Assembly (NCBI GenBank): GCA_028534125.1 | Contig: CM052816.1 | Location: 3,226,001 to 3,290,000 of the forward strand | Reading direction: 5' to 3' | Source: Lama glama | Taxonomy: Eukaryota | DNA length: 64,000 nucleotides | In this document: in pieces, positions 49,668 to 64,000 of the stretch | Layout of the letters: each line of letters starts with the position of its first letter | How positions within the stretch are numbered: the first letter of the stretch is position 1 | Notes under the pieces: model-generated | The model's input: the letters and a program-made list of their open reading frames with translations, nothing else | Told to the model about the DNA's origin: nothing | Databases searched by the model: none | Made by a program: the position numbers and the translations under genes

Positions 49668-51233
49668 CAGGTCCGCTGAACCATGTTAAAACCCTGTTAC
49701 CACAGAGAAGAACACTTAGCTGTCTCCAGAGTCCATTTAAGGGGGAACAGAGAGGCCATTACTCCTTACAGGCTGTGCGTCAGAGATCCTCGGGTGGGAA
49801 GGGTCTGAGAGGGCAGCTGGTCCAAATCTCTGGTCGTAGAGATGGGGACCCCAAGGTGTGGACTGAGCCAGCTCACTCCAGGTCCCAGCAAGGCAGGAAG
49901 CCTCTCGGACTTAAGATGATTTCTTGCTCTTACTGCTTCCTTCTTATCTCTCTCTGTCATTGTCTTACCTCCTCCCAAGTTCCTTCCCTTCCCTGCCCCT
50001 CTCCCTGTGCCTCCTGCCTCGAAGATGACCCCGGGACTGGACAACTGCAAACTACCTTGTCCTTTGCTCATCCTCAAGCTGGTTCTTCTCCCAACAGCCA
50101 AAAGGCCACTAAAAAGTAAATCAACCCCTCCAGCCTCCGTCTCACAGCACCCTAAGGCTTCCTCCGAGTCCCATGTGGCCCGGGACTGCAGCCACCTGCC
50201 TCTCCCAGCTCAGCCCCCACCTTGGCTACTTTGCCTCTTCACTCCAGCTCTCTCTAGGGCTCTCTCTTAAAGACATCAAGCTCCATCCTTTCCAAAAAAC
50301 CGCACAGCCTTCCCGCACCCGACTCTCCATCTATTCCGTTTCCCTGTTTATTTTTTCACAAGTGCCACGATATGCATTCACATCTCCGGTTGTCCACTTC
50401 GTCAGTCGTCTCCCTCTCCAGAATAAAAATGTAATAATTCGCCTCTCTTATTCCTGGCCACCTATCCACCACTTAGCACCGCACCTGCAAGGAGCAGGCT
50501 CTCAATACCCTTTTGCCGAACGTGTGTGTGGACAGACGAAGGCAGGGATGGGCGCGGAAGGATATGCCTGCTGCGCCCTGAAGAGGATAATGAAACACCC
50601 CTCTCCCTTCCCTTCCACTGCTCCCCCTGGACCAGTGACCCCACGCCTGTAGCGCTGGCCCGCCTGTGCATGCCGCACGGGACCCGAGCAGGGACAAAGC
50701 CCAAAGGGCGTGGGGAACGCAGCCTTTGTGAATAAGCCACGGGGGCCGACAAACAGGCCAACTGCCGAGGGGAGAGAGAGCACGCTGGTTCTGTGTGGTC
50801 CCAAGAGGCGGGAGTACGCGGACTCTTGCTTTAACCCGTTATGGTAACTCCGACCAATTATTTAGTTCTTACTGTATGCACTTTACATGCGTTATCTCCT
50901 CTGAGGCTTTAACTTCCCAGCGGGGTAGAACCGCCGTCTCCCATCACAACAAACGAAGATAACGCTCCGTGCCCTCCCCTTGGCCTAGCACAGCTCTCCC
51001 GGGTTCTCCACCAGGCGAATTCCTGGCCATTCTCCAGGTCACCTCCTCAGGGAAGTCCTCCCTCACCCCCAAGACCACACGAGGGGGACCGGCTGCCGCT
51101 GCAGCCTCAGCGCAGTGCCTGGCCTATGGCAGCCCGGAGTTGTTACAGGTTTAATGGGCGAATGGAAAACTCGACTCCAACGGGCTAGCCCAGCGGAGGT
51201 GGGGCTGGGGTGGAACCAGGTCAGTGTGACTCA

Positions 51234-51590
<357 letters not shown>

Positions 51591-52337
51591 TCATTTACCA
51601 CTGTTAATAATACCGCCAACGACTATTACCCCCATTTTCAGATGAGGCTCAGAGAGAGTAAGTGGCACGCCCACAGTCACCCAGCTGGGGGGGTGGTGGG
51701 GGAGAGCAGCAAGAATGAAAACCAGAGCTTTCGACTTTCCTTCTCTGACTCACACTGCCCCAGCCGCTGACATCTTGGTATTTAGGAAAAACAGCTGCTG
51801 CCAATCTCCTAATCTCCACCTTTCCCTCCTCCCCAGGCCCCTAGTTCAGCCCATGCGCCTTCACTTTAACAGAAGGAAAGTACTATTTCTCTGCCTCGAG
51901 CTGAGCGACAAAAACTCCTGTTCCCTGACTCACCTATGAAATGCCACTTTACACCAGACCTGGGCGCTGGCCTCCTCCCAACAGGCAAACGGAGGAAGGA
52001 AGGGCAGAGGGGCTGAGCTAAGGAAGACCTTTAGGAGCAAACCTCGCCGTGCAGGACTTAGACGTCCTCACGTCTGCCGTCCTTTGGCAGCTTCCCAGCA
52101 GTGCTGCGAGGCAGGCCTGGCGGGCGTTATTTACTCTCACTGATGGGAGGCGACACTGCTGCTCAGAGGGTTTAAAAATGGTTCAAGGTGCTCTGGCTAG
52201 TGGCAGAGGAAGGCGGCAAAGCCAGCGCTCTGCCAGCTCGCTGCCGTGGTAGAGAAGCGGACACCCCGAGGGAGATGGCCAGAACCCCCTCCCGCCGTGA
52301 GATGGGTCTGGATTATCTTCCTGTCACCACACCGTCA

Positions 52338-52496
<159 letters not shown>

Positions 52497-52541
52497 TCAG
52501 CTACTAGGGTGTACGGGCTTCTGTTGAGACCTATGGGTAAA

Positions 52542-52887
52542 TGCTATGGACTGAATGTGTTCCCCTCAAATTCCTGTGGTGAAACCCTAACCCCCAAGGT
52601 GATGGTATTTGGAGATGGGGCCTTTGGGAAGTAATTGGGTCATAAGGGTGGTGCCCCCACAATGGGATTAATGCCCTTATACGAAGAGATGAGAAAGATG
52701 ACGTCCATCTCTGCCATGTGAGGATGCGGTGAGAAGGCAGCTGTCTGTGAGGCAGGAGAAGGGGCTGCACGTGCTGGCACCCTGATCTTGGACTTGCAGC
52801 CTCCAGAACTGAGAGCAATACACCTCTGTTGTTTTAGCTGCCCAGTCCATGGTATATTTGTTACCACAGCCCGAGCTGCCTAAGATA
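52542..52887 (+). mobile_element. MaLR solo LTR (MLT1A-like)
   Basis: tgctatggactgaatgtg..ctaagata; 5-bp TSD-like gtaaa/gtaag. Confidence 0.88.
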
Positions 52888-53717
52888 GTAAGGCACTGCT
52901 CCCGGAGAGGACAGGCAGGCTCTCTCCTAAAGGCGGGGGGCAGCCACATTGCCCTTTATAAGGGAACACGGGCTCTCTCTGAAAGACAGAAAAGGGAGCT
53001 GTCTCATTACTCCCTTGGGCTTACAGACTTGAAAGAAGGCAGTTTCTAGGCATGGGGTCCTTCCTGGGGTTGGGGTACTTACACGATACCCAGAATAAGA
53101 GCTAAAATGAAATGAGGCCACAGAGTGGTGGAGTCTGAGGCACATTATCTAATTCAAGCATGAAAAATACATGGCACCTCCAACCCTCCTGTGTCCCCAG
53201 CAGACGTCTTTAATCAACTACCACATTTTCCTGTGTAACTCTAGATTTAGCTTCACAACGTATAACCACCCCTGGTTCTACACAGCTGCTACGAGAAGGC
53301 TAGAGTTAGCAGGTGAATCCTGTTTGCTGTTCCTGACACAGTTATGCATTACTTTATTTCTCTTCTGTCATCTCCAATTTCAAGAAAGTCTTGTTTCAGC
53401 CTTGCTGCAGCAGTGTCCTGGGGAATTAGATGAAGGTTCAGGTGACCATTCTTGGGGTGGATACAGAATGGTGGCAAAGGGATACAGAATTCCGTCGGGG
53501 CCAGTGGAGTGCTGGGGGTAGCAGTCAGCAGGAAACCCCAAGGGGAACGAGCACAGTGATTAGAGATCTCTGCCCGGGGACCTGGGGGGAGGGACGGCAG
53601 CACGTGTGTCATGGATTTATCATGCTCAAATCAGATAATGCAGCATGCGGTGGGGGAGGTGAATGAGCAGTCAGGCCTAGGCCTTAAAGTCAAGATCAAG
53701 ATTGCTGACTGCAGTTA

Positions 53718-54233
<516 letters not shown>

Positions 54234-56349
54234 TCACTGAGGACCCCTGTGAGTACGTCTTGCAAGGTGCTAATAGAGAGTGGTGGTCAGTGACCACAGC
54301 ACAGAGCAGAGGTGAGGCAGCGGCTCCCTAACACAAGAGAAGAAAGGGCTTCCAGGCAAATGCCTTCTTGATAGAACTCATGCCACTCACAAACCAGGAC
54401 TTGCACAAACTGAGCCATGGGGATGGGGTACAACAGATGATTTTCTTTCTCCAGAGGCATCTGCACTACTAGGAACTGGCTGCAAGAACCATGTGAAAAC
54501 TGAATCGCTGGTCCAGCGTTGCCTTCTCTCTTCCACATCCAGGTGCCTCCATCTATCATGGGTAGGGGAGGGGGTCGTGGGAACCAAGAGGCCTGGGAGG
54601 CAGGAGACCTCTGCTGAGGGCATGGGAAAGTCACCTAGCCTCTTTGAGCCTCAGTGTCTTCATCTATGAAATGAGGTGGTTAGATCAAATCAGTGGCTTA
54701 TGGCTTTTCAAGTAGCCATTAAAAAAAAAAAAGATGCCATGGAAACAAGTACGTGAAACAGATAAAAGCAGAGCTGCTCTGACTGGGAGCTGGTTGGGAG
54801 CCCAGAGCCCTGGTCACTGAAGGGCCACCTCCGTTGTCCTCTGGACCCCATGAGACACCTTTGCTGAATTAGTGAGATCTCTTTAAGATCTTTCTGTCTG
54901 AAAATATATGACCAAAATGTAGGGCTCTGATTTGGTCTCCCTTAGCTGGTGAGACTATAAAGTGATGACTGACGTTCTGAGATGCTGCCTTTTACGGAGC
55001 ACCTCATGCCAGGCTTCATGAAGCCCTTCATTTAATCCAGTGTATGTGATACCTACAATTCCTGGCCCTGTTTCACAGATGGGGAAACTGAGGCTAAGGG
55101 TGGTAAGTAGCTTGCTCAAGGTCACACAATTCATAGGTAACTGAGCCCTGATCTGAACCTAGGCAGGTGTGATTCCAAAGCCCGTGTCCTTAACCTCTGC
55201 CTATAATGATGAACTTTGGAGGGTGAATTCTTACATAAACATACCCATTAAAAAAAAAACCAAACCTTCACTCCTAACCTGACTCCTAAGAAAAGTTTTC
55301 CTACCTAGAATTGTAGCAGACCTGTACACAGATCATGCAAATATGGACTGACCACATCTCCTATTCTATTAGCTGACATTCTCTATTAGTTGGCTAATGA
55401 GAAATCCTACTGTATTAAATAGGAGCTGTAATGATGCTTTTGGAGTTCTGCAAGAGTCTCGACTCTCTGGAGCCACCGAGGGAAGATTTAATCATTTTCA
55501 GTCTGGGTTGTACATTAAGTATGTTTTACTACATATGGATTATTCACAACTTTCCAAAACAGCATCACAATTACACTACCCTCTAGTAATGAGGATATGT
55601 GAGGAACACAATTAGAGGTCCCACTAATAACAAGGATGCATGAGGAATGAGGACACCCACTCCCCCCGCAGGTGAATAATGGTTCTCTCGGTAAGATAAT
55701 GCCTATTTATGGGGAGGCTCGGGGTGTGAGACAGAGCAGCGCTCTGCACTCAAAACTGGTGTGCTGTCATCGTGAAGCTCTGCCTGAGCCTGGGGAGGGG
55801 CATCTTTTAGGTAGTTACTAAAGATTTCTAAATGGTGTCGGGGAGGAATGGTTTATGCAGGGATGGAAAACAGAACCGATGAGAAGCATGCTGTTCGCTG
55901 GCGTTCACTGTCAGCAAATCCTGGAGGATGCGGACTGCTGAGTCTGACTGAGTCAGCCGTGGGCCAGGCCATATGATTTCCTGCGTGTGGCGCAAACCCT
56001 CCTAGTGCTTCTGTGACAGGCCACCCTGTCGAGCAGGGCTGGGAGCGGGGAGAGGTGAGTGAGGCACCGGGGCACAGGTGCCAGGGGGCGCTCCCTCTCC
56101 CAAGTGCACCCGAGTTCTGGCCCTGTAATCAAAGTCCCGCTCTGGGGTCTGTTTCCTCTCTAGGGATGAGGGGTATAAAACATCAACAAACCATGGCTTA
56201 CCTCTGCTACGGGAAGGAGAGTGACTAGAAGGGGCACAGGAAAACCTTTGAGATGATGGAAATGCCCTATATGTTGACTGGATTCTCCTCTACACACGCA
56301 TACATTTGTCAAAACTCACGAAAGCGTATGTACACTTATGACCTGTGCA

Positions 56350-56706
56350 TGCTATGGACTGAATGGTTGTGTCCCTCCAAAATCCGTGTGTTGAAATCCT
56401 AAGCCCCATTGTCACGGTATTAGGAGGTGCAACCCTCGGGAGGTAACTAAGTCGTGAGGGTGGGGTCCTCGTCAGTGGGATGAGCGCCCTGCAGGAAGAC
56501 ACACAAGATTGCTCGCTCTCTTCCCCATCACGTGGGATGCAGTGAGAAGAAGGCTGTCTGCAAACCAAGAAGTGGGCTCTCATCAGTCACTGGCTCTGCT
56601 GGCACCTTGATCCTGGCCTTCCCAGCCCCTAGAACTGTGAGAAATCAAGGCTATTTAAGCCACTCAGTCTGCGGCATTCTTCTCACAGCAGCCTGAAGCT
56701 AAGACA
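56350..56706 (+). mobile_element. MaLR solo LTR (MLT1A-like) inserted in an old L1 3' end
   Basis: tgctatggactgaatggttgtgtccctccaaaat..ctaagaca; flanks catttgtcaaaactca / attatacctcaac are L1M 3' UTR. Confidence 0.87.
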
Positions 56707-57204
56707 GTAGCTTTTATCGCTTACGATTATACCTCAACACAAAAATAAATTAAAAAGCCCCCTGGGCTGTGTCATAGCCTAATTTAACCCAACATTTGTT
56801 TTCAAAGATTCAAAAACGAAAATAAGAATTGAGTTCCCTCCCAAAGAGGGCTGCCGCTCGAGGCCGCACAGGCAGGAGGGCATGATGACCGGGCTCTGTC
56901 CCCGGCCCCGAGGGGCACCTCACGGACTCATCCCCAAGACAAGCCACCTCCCCACTCCTCACCCACCCCAGGCACTCAGGGCCTCTCCTCTGAACCCAGC
57001 AAAGCTCTGAGCATCTTCAGTCTTTTTTCAAATATCCTATGAAAGGAATTTTTGAGCAACAGGGAGGTTTCAAATGGATATCCCTGGAGGGGACAAAAAG
57101 CAACCAGCGAGTTTTTCTTCCCTTTGTGATTCTCTGATTTCGTTTCTGGCTTTGTCTGCGCCCAGAGGTTTTTTTTTTTTTTTCTTTTTTACTGAGGTGG
57201 GCAC

Positions 57205-57410
57205 ACCTAAGTTCAAATTCCAGTTCCATAAATTTATTAGCTAGCTAATCTTGAGCAAATTACTTAAACTCAGTTAGTGTTGGCTTTCCCTAAGTCAAGA
57301 TAATAATACCGCTCCAGCAGGGTTGTTGGAGGTTCAAATGAGATAACATACATAAAGCACTTAGCATGGTGCCTGGCACACTGGACATACTCACTGAAAC
57401 AATAAATAAT
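57205..57410 (+). mobile_element. MIR
   Basis: cctaagttcaaattccagttcc..cttgagcaaattacttaa..aaatgagataacatacataaagcacttagcatggtgcctggcaca. Confidence 0.75.
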
Positions 57411-59614
57411 AAAAAACTCATATTAACTTTGTTTTGGTAATTGGGAAGGTAAAGAATAAGTAACTACAGCTTCCCAGTCAAACTTCCTCCAGCAGCTTTG
57501 GCTGCAGTCATGATTCTTTGAATGTGGGGGGGACAGTACACCTGTGGGGTGCAATGTTATATAACACAGTGTATGTCCTACGTGGGGATGTGACAGAGGG
57601 CACAGCCGAGATCGGCTGATGGAACACATCAAAAAATGCAGACGGTGCTCAATATTTAGAAAATTATAAAAATGGGAGCTGTCCGACAGCAGACTGCGCT
57701 GGGGAGAGACCGAGAAACACGACCAGGTTGTTAGAAGGCCGCGCTGCCTGGGGCAGAGGGCTGGGATAGATGTGCTATGAACTCCCCTCCAAGATACAAT
57801 TTCCAGGACAGTCCTCCAGACGGGCACCCTTCCTAGCAGTCTTCCTTCTTAACCCTCACTCCCGCCCAGGGAGCTTCTAATACAAGTTTCCCTTAGCATT
57901 TCCTGGCAAGCACAAATAAAAATATATCTGGGTAGATGGAAACTGTTTAGCAGCCCCTCTCCCCCACCTCCCTAGTTCTAGGCAGTGAAGAGCGATTTTG
58001 GAATTGTTTTCTCACACACAAGGGCTTTAAAATACCCCCCTACTCAATGCACACTGGAGGCCTCTTGTTAGCATTCCTACACCAGTCTTGGAGTCTGGTC
58101 TACACCAGACAGACATTCAGGCCTCAGCTGACGGCCCAAGCTCAGGAAGGGCCAGCATGGAAAGAGCAGAATTCAAATCCTCCGAAGTGCGCAAGCGCCC
58201 CTCACTGCCCCCCCCACCGCCCCAGAACACAGCCATGCAGGAGGAGTGGCACACACATGCTGGCAGGAACATGCACGCACACCCCCGCAGGGCACCCGTC
58301 TGACCTGCTGGCTCAGTAGGAGGCTGGGCCCTATTGAGAAAATGTGGGAATATGGGAGCCGGGGTATTTTCTGAGGTTTGGCAAAGAAAAACAGGAATGC
58401 GACATGACTTGAGACACTGGAAGCTTGCTACAAATCTCCCACACTGAACTGACTCTGCTTACGATCAACGCCTGCCCTTAGGAACTAATTATGTACCCTG
58501 TTTGGGACACCTCACTTAAAATCAAGCTTGGTGAAACCCATCCTACACAAAATAGATACCTTTATGAGATCTCAAGAAATGATTCTCATTCAGAAACCTG
58601 GAGCCATATTATTAATTTGTGACATAGATACAGATACACATTTTTTTTTTTTTAAAAAAGGTAAAACTGTTTGAAGTGGAGAAAAGTTGAACTTGATCTT
58701 TCAGATCCTGGGCACTATAATATTAACTGTAAATTGACTTTTTAAAAAATTTGTGGTTAAAATACACATTCACCCATAGGTGCTACCATTTTAACCATTT
58801 TAAAGTGTTGTAAATGGACTTTTCGTCATAAGGCCTCCATCTCTCACCAGACGGTAAACAAGACCAGCCACTCCAAACACGGAGGTCCGTTTATTTGGCA
58901 GGCTGAATTTGCAAGCAATTTGCATCTCTCCTTTCTGGAATCACCATTGCTGGTTTCAGAGATCCCAAGAGGAATTAAAACTGTTTCTCATTTCCTGTTT
59001 TAGACAATTTCTCTAATGTTCCTCGAGCAATTAGAATACCGTCGGCCCACCAACACAAACATAGCTCTCTAATTCGGAGAGGGAGAGAACTGGGGCTCCA
59101 ACTCTAAAACCACTGCAGGTAAACGAAGACGCGGGTAAATGAATAAAACAGCAACATCGTCCTTGTCGGGAAGTCCACAGAGCAAGGTGGTGTAAAGAAC
59201 TGATAAACCCTGGGTTACGGGTTCAACCTGCTGCTACGTGTGGGTAAAACTGATGACGCGCTATCTGTCCCCTCCTGACGTCTGGTGAGCTCTAGGGCGG
59301 GGTCCCCAACCTCGGGGTTCCTTCTTGGGCTTCTCAGCTCAGAGGCTGAAAGATCCAGGGGAGATGCAGTAGAGACCTCAAGAAACGATGTGCCCCACTT
59401 TTTTGTCTCATGAGTAAAGTCCTTCGGAGAAGGCAAGAGGGAGAGCAGGGACCCAGCCCTCCTGTTCAGAGAGACGCTATCAACACTGCAATACCTAGAG
59501 ATGCTAGAATTTTTGTCACTTTTTAAATAATCTGCACCCATCTGATGACACAGGTGTATCACACTTCTCTGTTGACGAATGTTTCCCATAACAATTCCTT
59601 CGTAATTGCTTAGC

Positions 59615-60065
59615 TGTATTTGTTTCCTTGTGGCAGTTGTCACAAATGACCACAAACCTGGTGGCTTAAAACAACAGAAATTTACTCTCCTGGTTCTGGA
59701 GACCATCATCCACAATCAGTATCACTGGGCTGAAATCAGAGTCAGCGTGGCCACACTCCCTCCAGAGGCTCCAGGCAAGAATCTGTCCCTTGCCTCTTCC
59801 AGCTCGGGTGGCTGCCAGCGTTCCCTGGGCTGTGGCTGCGTCTCTGCACCCTCATGTCCTCCTGCTGAGATCTGGCCTCGTCTGTGTCCGTGTAGCCCTC
59901 CGCTGCCTCCCTCTTATAGGGACACCTGTGATGGCACTGGGGACCCATCCTGATAAACCAGGACAATCTGCCCATTTCGGGATCCTTCACTTACTCGCAT
60001 CTGCAAAGCCCTTTTCCGAACAAACACATTTCCAGGTTCCAGGATTAGGGCCTGCTACCTCTAGG
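59615..60065 (-). mobile_element. MaLR LTR (MLT1C-like)
   Basis: tgtatttgtttcct..acaaatgaccacaaacctggtggcttaaaacaacagaaatttactctc..catctgcaaagcccttttcc. Confidence 0.82.
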
Positions 60066-62997
60066 GGCCAGAAACTGCCTCCTCCAGCGGGTGAGGCAGG
60101 TACAATCACCCCCATTTACCACGGGAGAAACCTAAAGCCCAGGTGATGTGAGGTGAAGGGACTCGCCCTTAGTGAAATATACCGACCTTCTGCCATAGCC
60201 ACCAAACGCCAAATTAGCAAAATTCTTCTGGACATTGTGGAGCCTTGGAGTGTGCCACACGGATACAAGAGGGAGGGTGGTGGTGGCAGGAAGTCAGCTG
60301 GTGCCCGAGGCAGAGCCCCTGCTCAGGCCACGTGTGGGCCCGGCTGAGAGGTGCCCACCTGGCTGCAGCAAAGCACTGGGTCCTGGGCCCCAAGGACCAG
60401 GACTTAATGGGAGAGGCACCGCGAGAGAGAAGATGACGAATTTCCCCTGAGGTCAAACAAGGCTCACCCCGGGGCATCATCTAGCTACTGGCAACCCCTC
60501 CAAGCCAAAGATCACACCAACAATCTCTAAAGGCCAAAACATCACTGGGAAGTGACTGGTGTAACTTCAGGGATTTGTGCCACAATCTGTATCACTTAGA
60601 CGGCAGTTTTATGACAGACTGTCTGTAACTTACCTACAGAATCATACTTTTAAAGTTTAGACTCATGTACTAATGTTGGTTACTGAAGCAGCTGCAAAAG
60701 TTGGCATTTAGTATCATCCCTAACCCCGAGTGACAGAGCTCCTGGGCAGGAGTTCTTGGCCTCCAGACTCCGGAAGAGGAAACATTTATTCGCTGACCGG
60801 TTTCCTCCAAATGTATTTGACGTTCCCTCCGGTCCTGTCGGTGATCATCGGGTGGCTGGCTGTCCCCTCTGAGGTCTTTCAGTTTCTTGCCTGTTCCCAT
60901 CACTTCAGAATCCACCAAACTGCATATTCCTGTCTTTATCCCTCAGTAGAAGTTAAGCAGGAGGCAAAGAGCTACTGGTGACCGCCGTTTGGGGAAGAAC
61001 CAGCAGAGCAGAGTGCATCACGGAAGCCAGCTGAGCTCCTGGACTCCGGGCCCCCAGGCCTCAGCGCAGGGCGCCGCTCTGCCACAGCCTCGCTTTGTGA
61101 TTTGGGTCAAGTCAGTTAATCCCTCGGGGCCTCCGTGTCTCCCTTGGTACACAGTGATAAGAGGGCCTACGCCAGAGTTCCCCGTGGGTGAAACGCGAAA
61201 ACACACGTAAAAGGCACCAAAATGCTCTCGTTGGTATTTCTGAGTTGTAGGAGCTTGAATGCTGTCTTTGAACTTTTTGATTTTCTTTATGTACAAAGAG
61301 CATGTATGTTTTAAAAAATAAAGTGATTTGAAGGGGGAAAAAGGGAAGGAAGCGTTGTGCAGGGTGCAGACCTTGTCCATCATAGCCTCTGGATGAAGCT
61401 ACAACCAACTCAGAAAATGGCTCTGAGGAAACGGCCCACCGACCTTTTCTTCTTAATAATGACAGCTGCTGTCTCTAAGTCCGGCTCTGCAGCGGTGGGC
61501 TCATCTCACTGCTACAAGGATGCCAGCGGGCGGGTATTACTCACAGCTGCCTTTTCCAGAAGTTAACCAAGGCCTAGGAAGGTGAGAAAATTTGTCCAAG
61601 GCCCTGGAGGCAGGATTTGAACCCAGACTGGGGACTTCGGGGCCTGGATGCCAATCAGCTTTGGGACCGAGGTATGCCCTCACACTGTCCCTTCACTGCC
61701 ACCTTGAGGGAGGGTGTGGGGACCCCCAGTCTTGGCTGGTTTCCTGTGGCAGGGATTTACTTCCCGTGTAAACCATCCAGAGGCCGCCTGGCCTGACAGC
61801 CACAATTTGGATGCCCTGCAGGGTCCTCCCCGAAGGTGGAGAGAGTGAGCATGGCTTGGATGTGATGTCCTGGGGCAAGTGTCCCCAGAGGTTCCATCCC
61901 AGCCACAGAGCTGCATGGGCTCCTCTGGGTGCTGCTGGTGAATGGTGACGGCCCTGGACTGGAGTCAGGGAGCCGGATTCCCCTCCTGGCTCTGCCACCC
62001 ATCAGTCACCCGGCCTGAAGAAAGCTGTCCCTTCTCTTGGGATCTGTGAAGCAAGAGGAATTCACACTCTCCCAGTGTCTCAACTTCTCACGTAAAAAGT
62101 TCAATGTTAAAAGCAGCATCCAGGAACATTAAAAATAAATTTCTGTTCTTGGTGGCAAAGGCTTGAGTTCCGTCTCATGACTCCACAGGCCCCCTAACGC
62201 TGATATTTTTATTCCCCTCAAAATAACTTTTGCAAAAGGCACCTGCAAACGACCACACTGGCCTCTCTGTGGAGAGGACGCTTTTATGCTCAGCAGGGAG
62301 TCACCATTAGCACGCAAGACAGCAGGTTTTCGACAGACCCCTGGGAAGGCAGAAGGCCACCAGAAGCACAGAGCAAGTGTCTAATTGGGGGACAGCAGGC
62401 ACCCTGAGACTCTATGCCTCACAGAGGCATAGAGTCTCAGGCCTGGGGAGGCTCTGTGACCCACCAGCAGCTCTTTCTAACTTTTTGATTATCACTGATG
62501 TAAATCAAAAGGAAACATTCATGGGTTCACTTGGATACTTTGGCCAAGAACCGAGAAGAAAAAAGATGATTTTTAAAAACACCTAATTTGTGTTTTATTG
62601 TGTCATAGAATCCGGGTCTAAATCCGCCTGAGCAAGGGCTGCTGTAACAAATGACCACAAGCTTAGTGGCGTAAGAGGACAGAACTGCATTCCCTATTTC
62701 AGACGTGCTCTGTGATGTCCCCTCAACAGAATGGTGGTAACACATTCTTTCAAGGTTGAGGGGAACAGGAAGGGCTGGATTCTCAGAGGCAGACATCCCT
62801 TTGTTGAAAGTGCAAAAGGGCGAGGAAGAAAGTCAGGACTCTGGAAGGAAAAGGAACTTTGGGGATCATTCAGTCCCCGAAGAGTAAAGCTTCCGTTTCT
62901 TTCAACTCCAGTTGGCTGACAGGGAGGCGGCATCTTGGGATGCTGTGTCTAGAAGGATTTCTGGGGCTGAGTTTCTGAGTCCAACTGGAAGGAGTGC

Positions 62998-63440
62998 TGT
63001 ATCATTTTCCTAGGGTTGCCAGAACAAACTACACAAACATGCTGGCTTCAAACACTAGAAATCCAATCTCTCACAGTTCTGGAAGCCGGAAGCCTGAAAC
63101 CGAGGTGCCGGCAGGGCTACGCTCCCTCCCAAGGCCACAAGGGCGGATCCTTGCATCTCCCAGCTCCTGCTGGCTCCTGGCAGTCCTTGGCTTACAGCAG
63201 CACCACTCCAACCTCTGCCTCTGTCCTCGCATGGCTTCTACCCTCTGTATCTCTTGTCTTGGTGTATAAATCTCCTCTTCCTTCTTCTTATTAAGACACT
63301 GAATTCAGGGCTCCCCCTCAATCCAGGATGACATCATTTCGAGATCCTGAACAAATTAAATCCACAAAGATCCGACTTTGAATGATGGTTGCATTCTGAG
63401 GTTCTGGGTGGGCTGAGGGAGGGACACTCAAACCAAATGA
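62998..63440 (-). mobile_element. MaLR LTR (MLT1C-like)
   Basis: tgtatcattttcctagggttgcc..ctctcacagttctggaagccggaag..aatccaggatgacatcatttcgagatcc. Confidence 0.82.
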
Positions 63441-64000
63441 GTACAAATGTCATGATGGTTTAGCCAGCCTCACGTGGGTTCTGGACTGGGCAGGGCTAGT
63501 ACTCATGTCTTCCATCTGCCATCCTGATCTAGCCAAAACCATTAGCTTTACAGCGGATGGAACTGAGGCCCAGAGAATAAAAGCGCCTTCACCAGCGTCA
63601 TACAACCAGGTAAAGCCTCAGGAGAAAAGAATGAAGAAAGAAGAGGAGACAGAGGTGGGGTAGGAAGAGGGGCGGTGGGGTGGGAGGGGATGAGGATGCA
63701 ATGACTGTTTTACCTGTGAGAGAACAGAGAAGGGCACCTTTGCATTTGAAACCACTGTCCAAAGATGGTCTAGATAGGGCAAAAAGGATAACTAGTCTAT
63801 TAGTGAGGCAGGTTGGGAGACTTTGAAGAATTAGTACCATTCTGAGGATCAATGTGCAGTGGATTGTTTGCCTTTTTTTGGCCAAAGGAGTGAGAGCTCC
63901 TCTCACTGGGCAAAAGCTCTTCCAGGCTGGTCCCTGAAACACCGTGCGTACAGATGCCTGCTGGTTGCCATGGTGAATGATGCTGATCTGAAGAAATGAA

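Overview
Mammalian genomic DNA, most likely a camelid judging by the tRNA-derived SINE and young L1 3' ends. It covers the conserved ADAM19 - NIPAL4 - CYFIP2 block. (1) Four internal ADAM19 coding exons on + (disintegrin to cysteine-rich region) and, after a 500-N gap, the probable end of its 3' UTR. (2) A complete six-exon NIPAL4 (ichthyin, NIPA-type Mg2+ transporter family) gene on -, with a 1215-nt spliced CDS encoding 404 aa and a CpG-island promoter. (3) Five late CYFIP2 coding exons on -; its terminal exons are missing at a second 500-N gap. The rest is intronic or intergenic and rich in L1, L2, MIR, MaLR LTR, hAT/Tigger MITE and SINE relics. I see no new gene system. The best leads are: the human-type NIPAL4 N-terminal extension is recognisable but untranslatable here; a young-L1 plus old-L1MC composite sits inside a single TSD (possible 3' transduction); a four-layer nested TE lies in NIPAL4 intron 5; and both nominal 500-N gaps hide several exons. 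Gene and repeat family names and human comparisons come from my recall of these sequences, not from database searches.
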